Assembly: GCA_012295275.1 (NCBI GenBank)
Contig: CM022670.1
Span: 11,532,001 to 11,596,000 of the forward strand
Source: Chrysomallon squamiferum
Lineage: Eukaryota; Animalia; Mollusca
Length of the DNA: 64,000 bases
Reading direction: 5' to 3'
The position numbers were made by a program, and so were the translations under genes. This document shows positions 43,630-61,269 of this stretch, in pieces; within the stretch, counting starts at the first letter, position 1; every line of letters begins with the position of its first letter. The notes under the pieces were generated by a model that worked only from the letters and a program-made list of their open reading frames with translations, did not search any database and was not told the origin of the DNA.

Positions 43630-46600
43630 ATGACGGTGATTCGACAGATACTACGCGTCAAGCCTTCAGTTTATATTCCGAGTTGTTGGTTCACGAAGAA
43701 TTGTTATAAGCACGGTCAAGAGGTTTTATTTAAACAAGACTTTGGAAAACGAATTTTGTGGCGTGCAATGGTAAGCAAGCAGTTAGACACATCAGTAATT
43801 TCTGTGTGTAATTAGACTAGAAATAGAATGACTTGTGATCATATTAATGATATTTATTATCTCTATATAATACACTTTTTAATGTAATAAATAAATGGAT
43901 GTCACCTATAATAATAAATTTAGTAACAATAATTGTCACATTTTATGGAATGACCATACAGTGAAAAAAACTAATTACATACTGTAATACTAAAAGTAAT
44001 ACATATGTGACAATGACATAGTGCTTTAATTGTCATGATCATGTAGTAAATTTTTCTAGGCTACTTTCATTTTTCTGCTTTGGCTAATGGCTGCTAGTGC
44101 TAGTGCAGTAAACAAATATTCGAAGACAATATAATCATTCAAATAGCCTCCCCCGTTTCAGTATGATTATACTCATGGTTCTTAATTTATATTTAAAAGT
44201 TGAAATTAAAAGGGCCATGAAAATGAGAAAACCCAGTTTTCAAGTGTGTGCAGATTACTAACTAGTTTGCAGTTTAAACTAGAATGCAGTGTAATCACAA
44301 AAACACATGAACTAATAAAACAGAGTCAGTGATCACTGTTTGAATAAAATTTGATAATTAGCAAAACTATCCATCACTATTTGAAGCATTTTACATTCCT
44401 ATCCTAGTTTGAAAAAAATATATATACATTTCTGTCATATTAAAAATCAATTTTGAACCTGAAAGGAGTGATTCATTACTGTTCAGTTTTATTTTAATGA
44501 TAGTTTTAATAAACGTTTCAGGCATCTTCAGAGGTAAAAGATTTCTGGAAGAAAGCCAAATCTATTTATGAATTTTCAGCCAAAACTATTGATGGTGAAG
44601 AAGTCTCCTTACAGAAGTACACGTAAGAAACTGTTACATTTTTTGTTATCAGAGGATCTAGATCCCTATATATATTTAAATTTTTAAATTATATAATGTA
44701 TCAAGCAAGATATTTTCATTTCATTATTATGTAATCATATACACTAATACAGTATGTTTTTTTCTTAAATTTATCTTTTTCCATCTGAAATTTTTAACTT
44801 GTTTTTATTTTTATTTTTATTTTATTTTATAAAACAGAGTATCCTTTATTATTAATAATTTAAGAAGAAAAACTAATTAATTTTTTTTCAGAGGGAAAGT
44901 GGTTTTGGTTGTGAATGTTGCCACCCAATGAGGTTTCACTGACAAGAACTACACTCAACTACAAGCTTTGCACGCCAAGTATGTTGAGTCTGGTCTTGCT
45001 ATAGTGGCCTTTCCTTGCAACCAGTTTGGAAGTCAGGTTGGTGATTATTATTAGAATATGACAAATAAGTTAACAATATCTTGTGAATAGTTTATATTTT
45101 AGAATTCAAAATATATCAAATAAATTGCATTAGTAGCTAGAAGGTTATATACTTTCACTTTTGTTAAAATATACGTCTGTCAGTACCATAGTTTTTTAAT
45201 GACATCTGTTGTAAAGTTCTTTGACTTAATGGAACATAAAACCTCAATTCAGCAGTCTTCTGAAACAGAGGACAAAGTGTCTAGGTGTGAAACAGTAATT
45301 GATTGTCCTTGAACAGTGGATGCTGTCCTTTTTTTCATGCAGCGTTTCAGTATGTTAGCATAAATCATCTGATACACATGATCCGTCTTTTAAGTTATTA
45401 TAATTATTAGCTTTTATCAAAAACTTTTTTATTTTTATTTTTTTTTATATACATAAAACCTACAAGCAGACAATATTTGACTTAGAGAAGTGTTTTTTAA
45501 GTTTTGAATATTAGTGTTTATTTGGTGTTTATCTTTTCAATTTCTCAGAAATTTTTCTGTATGCTTTACTTTAATCTGTATTTGTATTTGTTTTTAAAGA
45601 TGAATAATTTTTGATGCCTTTTAATGTTATTATTTATTAGGAACCAGGTACTGATGAAGAGATTAAGAAATTTGCTACTGAGAAATATGGTGTCCAGTTT
45701 GATATGTTTAGCAAAATAAATGTTAATGGTGATTCTGCTCATCCACTGTATAAGTATCTCAAACAAGAACAAAAAGGGACTTTTGGAAAGTATGTATCAT
45801 CAACTATATTTAAACATTCATTTTCAAAATTTATTAAAACAACGTTCTGTTGCATCTCACTAATTTGAAATATAATGAATATAATTCAGTTTATAAATAT
45901 TTCATCTTTTATTTATTTATTTATTTATTTACTATTAGGAAACAAAATCATTAGCGCAAAATCATTAGTAGCAAAACGTTTTACATGCACAAATAAATAA
46001 TGAAATTTAAAAGTGGTAATTATTTTGCTTTCAGTTTCATCAAATGGAATTTCACAAAGTTTCTTGTCAACAGAGAGGGAAAACCAGTGAACAGATACGC
46101 TCCAAACAAAGAGCCTCTAGTAAGTTTAATTTTTGTTTAATAAAAATATTCTCTCTTTGTTTAATATCTAGACAAAGAATAAATAAGATTCCATGCATAT
46201 TTTATTCAGTTAGAACTGTGATATCTACTTTGTATATGAATATTTTCAGATGACAACAGTGCTTTTATTTTACATTTCTGTTTCTTATTGCCAATTTGTA
46301 ACGGAACAAAATGGCAGACACATCAAAACACAAGATAATTATTTAATTAGCTGCTTTTATATATGATGAAAATGGAAGAAAAATATCCCTAACAAAAACT
46401 GCAGTTTTAAAATCTGCATTCTCTAGGCTGCTAATAAATAATGTAACTGTGTTATAATAATTGTTTTATATGCTGAGATGATAACTAAATTTTAAAACCA
46501 GTTGCAGTAAAATAGAAATAATCACTCAAGTTTGATATCTAGGATCATAAAATGAATAATAAACAAAAATATTTAAATCTTTTTCAGGCAATAGAAAATG

Positions 46601-46635
46601 ACATCCTTAAATACATCAATACTTCGGAGAAATAA
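43630..46635 (+). CDS. GPX4: Phospholipid hydroperoxide glutathione peroxidase (selenoprotein), Sec encoded by TGA at 44929-44931
   Basis: Exons: 43630 (or 43618, or the short-form ATG 43768)-43770; 44522-44622 [34 protein letters not shown]; 44892-45036 [33 protein letters not shown]; 45641-45789 [23 protein letters not shown]; 46035-46119 [23 protein letters not shown]; 46588-46635 [15 protein letters not shown]. The GPx catalytic tetrad motifs (U, Q, W, N) are present. 176 aa from ATG 43768. Confidence 0.95.
44060..44107 (+). CDS. GPX4: Candidate 48-nt cassette exon of GPX4 encoding a signal-peptide-like segment ([16 protein letters not shown])
   Basis: Acceptor TTTTTCTAG| at 44051-44059, donor GCA|GTAAAC at 44108, phase 0-0 matching the flanking exons, no stop codon, hydrophobic core followed by A-S-A. 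Confidence 0.6.
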
Positions 46636-46704
46636 ATGTTTGTTGAAGACTACTATTGGTTGTGATTTGAAATGATACCTCATTATTTCTGCAGAAATTG
46701 TTGT

Positions 46705-46792
46705 CAAACAGATTTTATGAAGGTTGGCCTCGAAACCACTTTGTGGGTGGGGTTAGCTGGAGTCAGAAATGGCGTGCAAACCCATCTGTTTG
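46705..46792 (+). promoter_or_regulatory. SECIS element (type II) in the GPX4 3'UTR
   Basis: ATGA core at 46717-46720, helix II GGTTGGCCTC/GGGGTTAGCT (10 bp including G-U pairs), apical AAA then mini-stem CCAC-TTT-GTGG, 3' core GGAG, and lower stem CAAACAGAT/ATCTGTTTG. Confidence 0.92.
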
Positions 46793-48930
46793 TAAACATT
46801 AAGGCAGAAACAATTAGGAATTTATTGATTATATCACAATCAATATTTCTGTTGTGGATGTTTAGTTTTTGTGATTCAGTTTTCTAGATATTTTTTAATT
46901 TATAAAATAAACTTCTTTTTTTTTTTTTATATGTAAATAACCAATATCAGTATTTAACATTTTTCAAAAAGAAGAAACTGTAAATGTAACTAAGTTACTT
47001 AATGACTGTGTGCTACAATGCCAGTATTTTGTTTTTATTTTAAATGTCCAGAATTAAAAGTAAGAAATATCTGACATGCTTTCAATATGCTCAGTCTAAA
47101 GTTTAATTACAATATAAGATATATACAGTAAATTATTTGTAAAACTAGTTTGATTATAAAAATATTACAATACAAAATATTATCATTTTTAAATTTTAAT
47201 ATGAAGTAAAATATATGGTAATCAGTGTTGTACATTCCAAATGGAACATAAACATTTTTCTTTGTCATGAAATGACATGAAGTAGAAGATGATCATTTCT
47301 GTGCATCTTTTTGGATTGTCAGTCTTGTACTTAATAAATATTTGTTACTAAAAATAAAATATTCATATGGAATATAGTGTTTTAAGCTTTCTGACTAATC
47401 TGTAAAAAGATACTGAAAATAACAGTGGAACTCTATATAAATATGTGATTAAACTAACAAATATTTACTAATAATACTGCCATATGATATGAAAATGTCA
47501 GCCATTTTTATTTATTTATTTGATATGAGAATGATTGGCATAACCCTTTGTTCTTAGATAAGTTACAGTTATCACTTTTATTAAAAATAATGTTTTTGTA
47601 ATATTATCTTTATAGAAAACATATCAAGTACAATTAAATGAAGATTATAAAAAATATGAAATTCTTTCACTGGCTATTGATGCATGTGAATTTTGTTGTT
47701 AATTTTACAAATATTTATCATACAGAATATTTTTACATTTATATTTAATTTAAAATGTAAAGTTTATATGGACTAAATGCACAAAATATTAAAGAAGCTC
47801 GATATTTATCACATTTTTTAAAAATATAGATGTGTCAGTAGCCGTAGATGTTTTTATTTTTTATTATTATTTTTTACTTCTGTGATGTATAATCAGGTTT
47901 TGGTAAATTCTAATAACAGTATCAGATTGTACATGCTTTAGTATATAAAAGACAGGACTAACATGTTGATTGTATGACTAAAACAGTTTGAGAAAATAAA
48001 ACCTTATTCAGATTTGTTTCGATTTCCTTTCTTAATCATTTATGAACATATTAAATTTCTGTGTATGGCAGTGAAAGTGTACTGAATAAAAGAATATATA
48101 TATTTAGTCATATTTTTTAATTTGATGTCAAACGTGGTTATATATAATAATGATTTTACAAAAAAGCCTAATGTGACATTTCATGGACTACTGGAAATTA
48201 GCAAAAAGGGATTTTTTACATAATCTGTGAAATAATTTTCGTCAGCACTGATGAGAATAGGAAATAACTCAAAGTTTTAATCAACTGTGGACCTACATTC
48301 GGGGCCCTAAAGCTTGAACTGTTATGGGAGACCATCACAAGCAGCAATGAGGTCTGGGAAGCCTCTTGTTTTCTTCTTCATCAGGCTTGTTCCAAGAGAG
48401 ATCAACATAATTTCTTTCCTTAACTGGGTTTTTTTTTTTTGTTGTTTTTTTTTAATTTGAAAAAAATGTATCTCAGATTTGAATCAATGTGCACTACTGT
48501 CTCTTTTATACGCCCCTCCTGTTTTAACAGCCCTGAAGCTTAAGCTTCATTAGTTTCATAAAAAAAAATGAACCCCTGACTGTAATTGAATTATTGATGT
48601 TATTTGTGATCTACTCATTAAGTAACAGTCTTCTCTAGCAATTACATAGCATGTTAGCTATAGAAACTGAGATGCTTTGCTAAAACACTCAATAATTAGT
48701 GAAAGTAAAAAACGTCTGTTGATTTAGTAGCCCAAATGTTACTAACATTTAAATGATAAATGTGAATTGATATATATATATAAAATTTTCATGAAGTAAA
48801 TGTGTTTCTATGAATAGCCAAGGCTGAAATCACACACTGATACTATTTATATTTTTTGGATGTATTTACAACAGAATTTATTATGTGCAAGTATTGACAT
48901 TTTCAAAAAAACATTTTTATTACACATTTA

Positions 48931-49764
48931 TTAATTTGTCTTTTTTTCCTGAATATTTGATAAGCTAAGCCAGTTCCGAAAACACACAATTCCTTTGTCT
49001 TGTACATCTTTACGTCCTTTCATGGTCACCACCTCGCCATCAGCACGAACGACTACGAGCTTTGGAACATAAGAAATGTTATACTTGTTTATTAAATCTC
49101 TAAGAAAAAAGAAAAAAGAGAAAAAAATAATTAATATTATTAAATACACAAGAACACAGTGTTTTGTTTTTTGTAATTCTAAGCTGATATCCGATGAAAG
49201 CATGAATTAAAATTGACAGGATTTGTTCTATCTGTATCTTATGTTGGTATAGTGAAGAATATCAGTAATGATAAATCAGACTGACATTTTATTTTTATAT
49301 CACATTTATTTTAGAATAACATTCATATATACTATCATTTAGTTACTGCTCATTTGACAATAAATCTCATTTTAAATCTTTACTGTTATTAGTGTTCGAG
49401 AAAAAATATTCATGACAGAAAACAGTTCAACTTACTGTACTATTGGATCATTAAATGGAGTAAGGAACCAGTCACCATGTTTTTCTGTAAAATATTTCAC
49501 CATGTCTTCCTCACTCTGATCTAAGCTCACAAACACTACCTGGAACGGCAGTCCACGAGTTCGTGCTTCCGTAAACAATTCCAGTAGCAGAGGAGTAAAC
49601 TGTTGACACGGAGGTGACCACCCCGCCGAAAAGTATATTGCTACAACCTTATCTTTTAGAACTTCCTTCCCAGTTTCTGCTTCGTACTCTGTGTCAGATG
49701 TACCTTTTTCTGTACTAAAGTATGATTTTCTAAGCAAAGTCGTGTTTGCGAAAATCTCGCTCAT
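48931..49764 (-). CDS. NXNL2: Nucleoredoxin-like (tryparedoxin/RdCVF-type thioredoxin fold) protein, 165 aa, 2 exons, active site WSPPC
   Basis: Exons 49436-49764 and 48931-49099 (GT-AG, phase 2). Motifs KVVAIYFSAGWSPPCQQFTPLL, VVFVSLDQSEEDM..HGDW, YNISYVPKLVVVRADGEVVTMKGRKDVQDKGIVCFRNW. Co-orthology to NXNL1/2 is inferred. Confidence 0.88.
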
Positions 49765-51420
49765 ACTGTTACTGGATATAGTCTGTTTTCCAGACTAATA
49801 CATAAAATGATAATGAAAAAATTGAATGTTATGATGTTAAAATATAAGCCGGAAACAAAACATTACGGTAAACTTTGAATGAACATTAATATAATGAATA
49901 TTAGTATTACGTTACATATATCACATTGAAAATGCTCGTAAAAAAATATGAATTTAATTATAATTATTCAATCGCAGTATATTTATCATTTTAGATTTAT
50001 CAGCTAGTTTTTAAACATTTAAACATTTGCAATTGCTTAACAATTAATCGGTTATTCCTTCCAATACGGATCTTCAGCCCCTGATGAATGGAATAAAACA
50101 TTCAGCAAAACTTAGCTACACGTAAACAAACATTAGGATTGAAATCAGAGTTATTCACCTTGATGTATCAATGTCAAGCGCCAAATAAACATCTGCGCCG
50201 ACTAAACTTTAAATCAGGTTACGGTGTTTGAAAGTAATATGTGATATTTGAAACGCTGAACCAGCTGCAAATTGTGAACGATTTCAATGAAAATGCGAGA
50301 ACCTGAATTAGGTTAGGAAAACGAATAATATATCATTTTTTATGATACTAAAATGCTGTATGAACTTATTTAATTTCAACTTGAAATTCAAATGTTTAAA
50401 CTTTAAATTAAAGTTTAAAATAGTAAAATGCATTTGGCGTCCATTAGAGCAAGTTGAATATACAATTTATTTTCAACATACTAGTTAGCCTGTAGTCCAA
50501 CTGATTTATAGTTTATTATAAAATATTTCGATAAATCTGGGGTTTTGGATTGACAAATAAATAACTTTAATATTAATAATAAGATATTTACTGCATCAGA
50601 CCAAAAATTGCTACAGATTCACAGATTTACATCATCACCATCGTGGCTGCAGGTTGGTTTATTTTCAAAGGAAGCAGACAAATAATATCTCAATGAACAA
50701 ATAGAATATATTATATAGCAAAAGTAATTATTTACTGGTGTGTTTGTGTCTGCAAACATACACACGAAGATTGAAATATGTTTTACAAGAATTCAAATAA
50801 TTCAGTATCAGTTGTAAATATCTAAAAAAAAATTCGGTAGCTTTTTCACTAACAAAAACTGATCACAGCAGAATAAAGGATATTTAATGAAGTGAGAACT
50901 GTATATATAATATAATTATCAAATTACAAATGGAGAATTTGGGAAGTACGTCAGGTGAAAAATAACGCATGGTAACCGAATTCCTCGTTCCGTTTGCAAA
51001 AACAACAAACATCGGATTACGATATCACTCTGTAAAATGAGTAAAACTGTTTGGTTTCATAATCATATAAATTATATTTTTGTTCAATTTATTTTATTTT
51101 ATATACCAGTTTTAAGTGGGTTAAGCACAATTATTGATTACATTTCATCGGCAAAAATATTTCTAAGATTGTGCTAACGAATTGTCCCACCTAAGAACAC
51201 AGTTTAATAATAAGCATAAATGTGAGATGTTTGTCGAGGTAGCGATTTTTAAATTTGTATTATTATTATTTGTATCTTAGTTGTTAAGCATGGACGTAAG
51301 CGGGTAATCCCACACTAGTATACATGAACGACCCTACAAGGAGTATCGTAACTTCCGGTAAATGAGCATGAAAGATAACTTTGTAATCACGTTCGTGTTT
51401 GAAAGTGCTATACATCTACG
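49765..51420. promoter_or_regulatory. Divergent intergenic/promoter region between NXNL2 and AK3
   Basis: Head-to-head starts 1.66 kb apart, CpG retained, ETS-like CCGGAA near 49849 and ACTTCCGG at 51351-51358. Confidence 0.5.
50833..50891 (+). repeat. Dispersed direct repeat, copy 1 (upstream of AK3 exon 1)
   Basis: TTCGGTAGCTTTTTCACTAACAAAAACTGATCACAGCAGAATAAAGGATATTTAATGAA, near-identical to 52414-52472. Confidence 0.85.
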
Positions 51421-56922
<5,502 letters not shown>

Positions 56923-58401
56923 AAATCTTTTGTTTATGCAGAGTGTGGATGTTAGCAGTGAAAAATTTGTTTAAAAATGTTGACAACTTTCATCTATGCA
57001 AATCCATTTAATTGCATTTAATTATTATGAGATTCATACATGAATTGGAGAACTAATATATTATGTATCAAAATTAAATTGTGTTCAATCCCTGTGAAAA
57101 TTTTGTTTCAAATGGATAAAGTGTGTAGAATTTAGGTTCCAAAATAACTTATAATGCAGAGTTGACACTGCTGAATATTACTATTTTAATGTATTACATA
57201 TTTTATAGTGAAAGTGACATATTTTAATATATTTTATTATGTATATTTGTTATAAAAAAAATGTAATAAAATTTTTTCTATTTTTATCAGTTAGTTTCAT
57301 TTACAGTATTTGAAATTGTAGTAAATCAAAAAAAAAACCATAATGCAGTGGCATTAACATTAAAATTGCATATGAATGTGTATTTAAAATTCAAAGTCTG
57401 ACAAAGATACACATTTATAGTGATGATAATTAGAGAAAATGTCACTGCAGATGTGTTTTATTCATTAAAAAAGAAAATGTAAAGACATTTATTAATAATG
57501 AACTGGCAGGAAATTATTTTCTATATAAAAGTAAAGAACAACTTGTAAAACTAGAAATCAATATTTTATTTTTGTTGTTTTTGCCCCAACACTATTAAAA
57601 TTTATATCTATGAATAATAACTTTTAATTATTTAATCAGGATCAATATAACACACACACAAACTTTTAGCATGTAATATATATTTTTATGCAAGATAAAC
57701 ATTTATAAGTCTTTATTAGTATTTTATATCATTTCTTTAATATACAGGTAGCAGTATTATAAATAATATTTTGAACAATAATAATCCAACATTATGCAGC
57801 TCTGTTCTTTCATTGTTGACAAATATTTATTGAAAATACATATACCTTTTTCATTATGTGTATTCAGACTTGAGTGGTATGAATAATGCAAATTAACATA
57901 ATAAATCTTTTACACTGTTTCTAGTTAACTGACACCACAGTGAAGTGATCATTTACATTTATTTTCAGTTTAATTTTGTACAAGGATTATTAAAATACAA
58001 CAATGGTGCTGGATTTTAAAATAAAACATCTATCATTTTTAGATTATACTTTTCTTCGATTTTTTTAATATTAATTATAAAATGGTTAAAATTATTATTA
58101 ATTTTTTTTTTTATATCTGCAGTCATCTTTATCTGTTTGGAAATTATTATTATTATCATTTTTTTAAACCCTTTAAATACTGTATCATTTAGTACTGGAT
58201 ATACACACACACACACACACATCATTCTGCAGACATTACATTAAAGCAGTAAAACATAACAAAAAAGTATCCAGTCCTTACCAACAATGTTAGAAAATGT
58301 GGTTTTGTATCGGAGTCCAGTGTATTTCATCATTTGTGTGTTTTTTCAGTGGTGAGAAATGTAGAAATCAGAATCTTTCTCTACTTTATTAAATTAAATA
58401 T

Positions 58402-61269
58402 CTAATGATCGTGCAGAACTTGATTAAAAGCATTGTAGGATGACTCTAAATCAAACAACATCTGTCTCACTTGACCATCATCCAGTTCTTCTGAAGCTTT
58501 CATAGCACTTAGTGTATCTAGCCTGAAAAAAAAAATGAAAAAACAACAACATTTTATATAAACTGTGTTTTATAGGCATGCATCATTTTCCACATCTTAT
58601 AGCTGTTTGCAATGAATTCCGAAAATTACTACCATAATATCAGTGATGAATTATTATGGCTAAATTGCAGAAGTGATTATTGCACTGTATGATTATATCA
58701 TTTTAAAAGCAGCAGTGGTAATATTTATTTCAATGCATTGACTATTTATTTGCTTAAAGTTTATTTGAATCTGTTATTGGCATTTTTAAATTTTAACCAT
58801 GGTCACATATTTTCAATTTACCCTCTTAAGATCTATATAAAAGACAGAAAGAAAGACACCCCCACCCCCAAAAAAATCCCAAAACGTTAAGTGTCAGTAT
58901 ATGAAATTCCATATTTACCATTTTTTGACTTTTTGTCTTCCTTCAAAGTCATGTGGAATGATACTCAACCTGTTCATTGTTTCCATCAGATCTCTCAAAT
59001 CAGGATGAATCTGTCAAAGATAACATACATATCAAAATATGATGATTATATTATTTCATTATTACTGTTATTAAAAACTACTTTGTGAATAATAATTTCT
59101 GTGTCTGATGTAATGTTTGAAATTCTGCTCATGCACTGTAGTTGATAACTGTGTTGTCATGGCAGTAATGTCAGCACAACACAGTCTCTCAGTGTTATTT
59201 TTATGAGCATATTGAAATCTAGTTTTAGATTTTTCATCAGTGTATTTTAATGTCCAACATTTGGTTAGATTATTTATTCTTGATTTCAAATGGTCCAAAA
59301 GATTTGTTTTTCTCTCATCTGTTTTACTTATAATCACTTTAGGTTAATTCTAATGAGAACACAACATAGTACAACACAGGTTTGTAGAACTGGGGGTCTG
59401 TGCTATATACTGAATTTATGAATAATTTCACCAAGTTCTTCGGTACTGGGCCAGTCATTTCTGAAATGTTTAACATGTGAAGACTTAAGACTGATAAATT
59501 ACCTCATCCATTGCTCTTATCTCCAACCTCAGTTTGTCCATCACGGTAATAAACAACTGAAAATAAAGACCAATTATTATTTTCTTTTGTTGGCCAACAA
59601 ACTGTAATTTTAAAAGCTTGATCCTTATTCTTGTAAAATAATAGCTGAAATAGAATCCAAATTATCTTTCTTTTATCATAACATGCAAACAAATATATGT
59701 TTTATCAACTTCATTACTTGTGTATATTCTCTTCATAACACAGGGCAAAGATAACTCACTGATACAATATCTGCAATACATTTGCTTGTATTTCCTTTGT
59801 CATCTTTTATTGTTATTGGACGATCTTCTTTGATCCTCTCCAGGGCAGCAGGACAATCCAGCTAAAATTTTAAAAAAATACATACATTATGGCTGACATT
59901 TAGCAAATAGAAAAAAAAAGCTTTTACTTGGTAAACTTTTTACTGGGTCACTTTGGAAACAGTGTTATGGTTATTGCTGTTATAACAACTTGTTTAGATT
60001 TTTACAAAAAAAGCAAATTTACTTAATTTTCATTCAGATCAGATGGTTTTATAAAAATGGAGTAATGAATGTAACAGAATCTTAAGAACTAACAAAGAGA
60101 CAAATGGAAAAATTATAAACATTATTAAAAGTAATTTTTTTTTTTCACAATATGCTAGTAATAGTTTAAAAACATAAACTATTCTCAGTGTAAAACAATA
60201 TTTTAATATATAATACACCTAAAACAAGAAAACCCATTTCATAAATATTCTCGTGTGAAATTACTGTATCTAATCACTTTTTCTTTATATTTCTGTAAAT
60301 GTAGATAATTTCCATTTTTTTTACAAGATATTTACAGGATCTAATGGTAATACTCTGGGTAATAATAATTGTCTTTTAATAACAACTAATTGAATATATT
60401 TTTATCAGTACAAATATTTAATAAATCAAAATGATTAATATAATTTTTGTAACATCGTGATTATGTACAGCCATTAAAAATCATTGAACTGTGCAAACCC
60501 TGTATTTCTTCATGAATTCCTCTATGGTTTGAAATTCACTTTGGACTTGTCTGAAGGCAGCTTTGTATTGTACAAGTAATTTTGAACATGCTGCTGTGTA
60601 TCTGTAAAAAATGATAAAATTGTAAAATTAATTAATCAATATTAATGTCAACAAACACTTGTTCATAAGATCTCTTAGCTGAAGGCCAATACTGACAGCA
60701 TATCTTTTTTTTTTTCACATTAAACAATATATATATTTCTCTGTATATACATGTATGAGTTTTGCAGTATCAAAGCAATACAAATAAATACTTACTCTTT
60801 AGCAATAACAGCATCTTTTATGTAAGCTTTTTCCAAGCTCTGTAGTGTATTAATGAGAGCATACAAATCTGCCATGTTGTCATATCTTAAAAAAAGAAGT
60901 GTTATTAATATTAGTTTATATATTATTTTACAAACAAAATAGCTGATGCTATCTTAAACTAAACACCAAAAATACAAATTAATAGCAAAAAAAAAAAAAA
61001 AAAAAAAAAAATTAAAATAAAAAATTAAATAAATTAAAAGAAAAATAATATATCAAAAGAAAACACATATAATATTTAAACATAAGCTTTTCAGAAAAAG
61101 CTATTTATTATTTGTTTTTTTTTTTCATTTTATATTCTTCTCTCCAAGCATAAAATACTTGGCAAATATTTTTCATACACGTTCAACACTGCAACTAAAA
61201 TATCTGCTGAAAGTTTAATAAATGTTTTTACTTTTCTCTTTCTCTGGCTGTCTTGTACAATTTCACCTC
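58402..61269 (-). CDS. VPS28: ESCRT-I subunit VPS28, 5'-partial (7 exons visible, 199 aa)
   Basis: Exons 61232-61269 [12 protein letters not shown]; 60796-60885 [24 protein letters not shown]; 60499-60601 [16 protein letters not shown]; 59760-59861 [24 protein letters not shown]; 59503-59556 [18 protein letters not shown]; 58919-59010; 58402-58522 ..[25 protein letters not shown]. No start exon was found in the window. Confidence 0.95.

Noticed and set aside
45268-45320. Hairpin AGGACAA/TTGTCCT followed by ACA in GPX4 intron 3 (possible H/ACA snoRNA)
   Set aside because: No properly placed H box (ANANNA) and no second hairpin of suitable size.
47277-47317. Possible second SECIS downstream of GPX4 (ATGAAGTAGAAGATG..CATCTTTTTGGAT)
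   Set aside because: The stem is only about 8 bp, asymmetric at the core, and lacks apical adenosines.
48292-48430. Minus-strand frame containing C-C-L-TGA (CxxU-like)
   Set aside because: No in-frame start or convincing acceptor, no thioredoxin-fold context and no SECIS downstream; likely chance.
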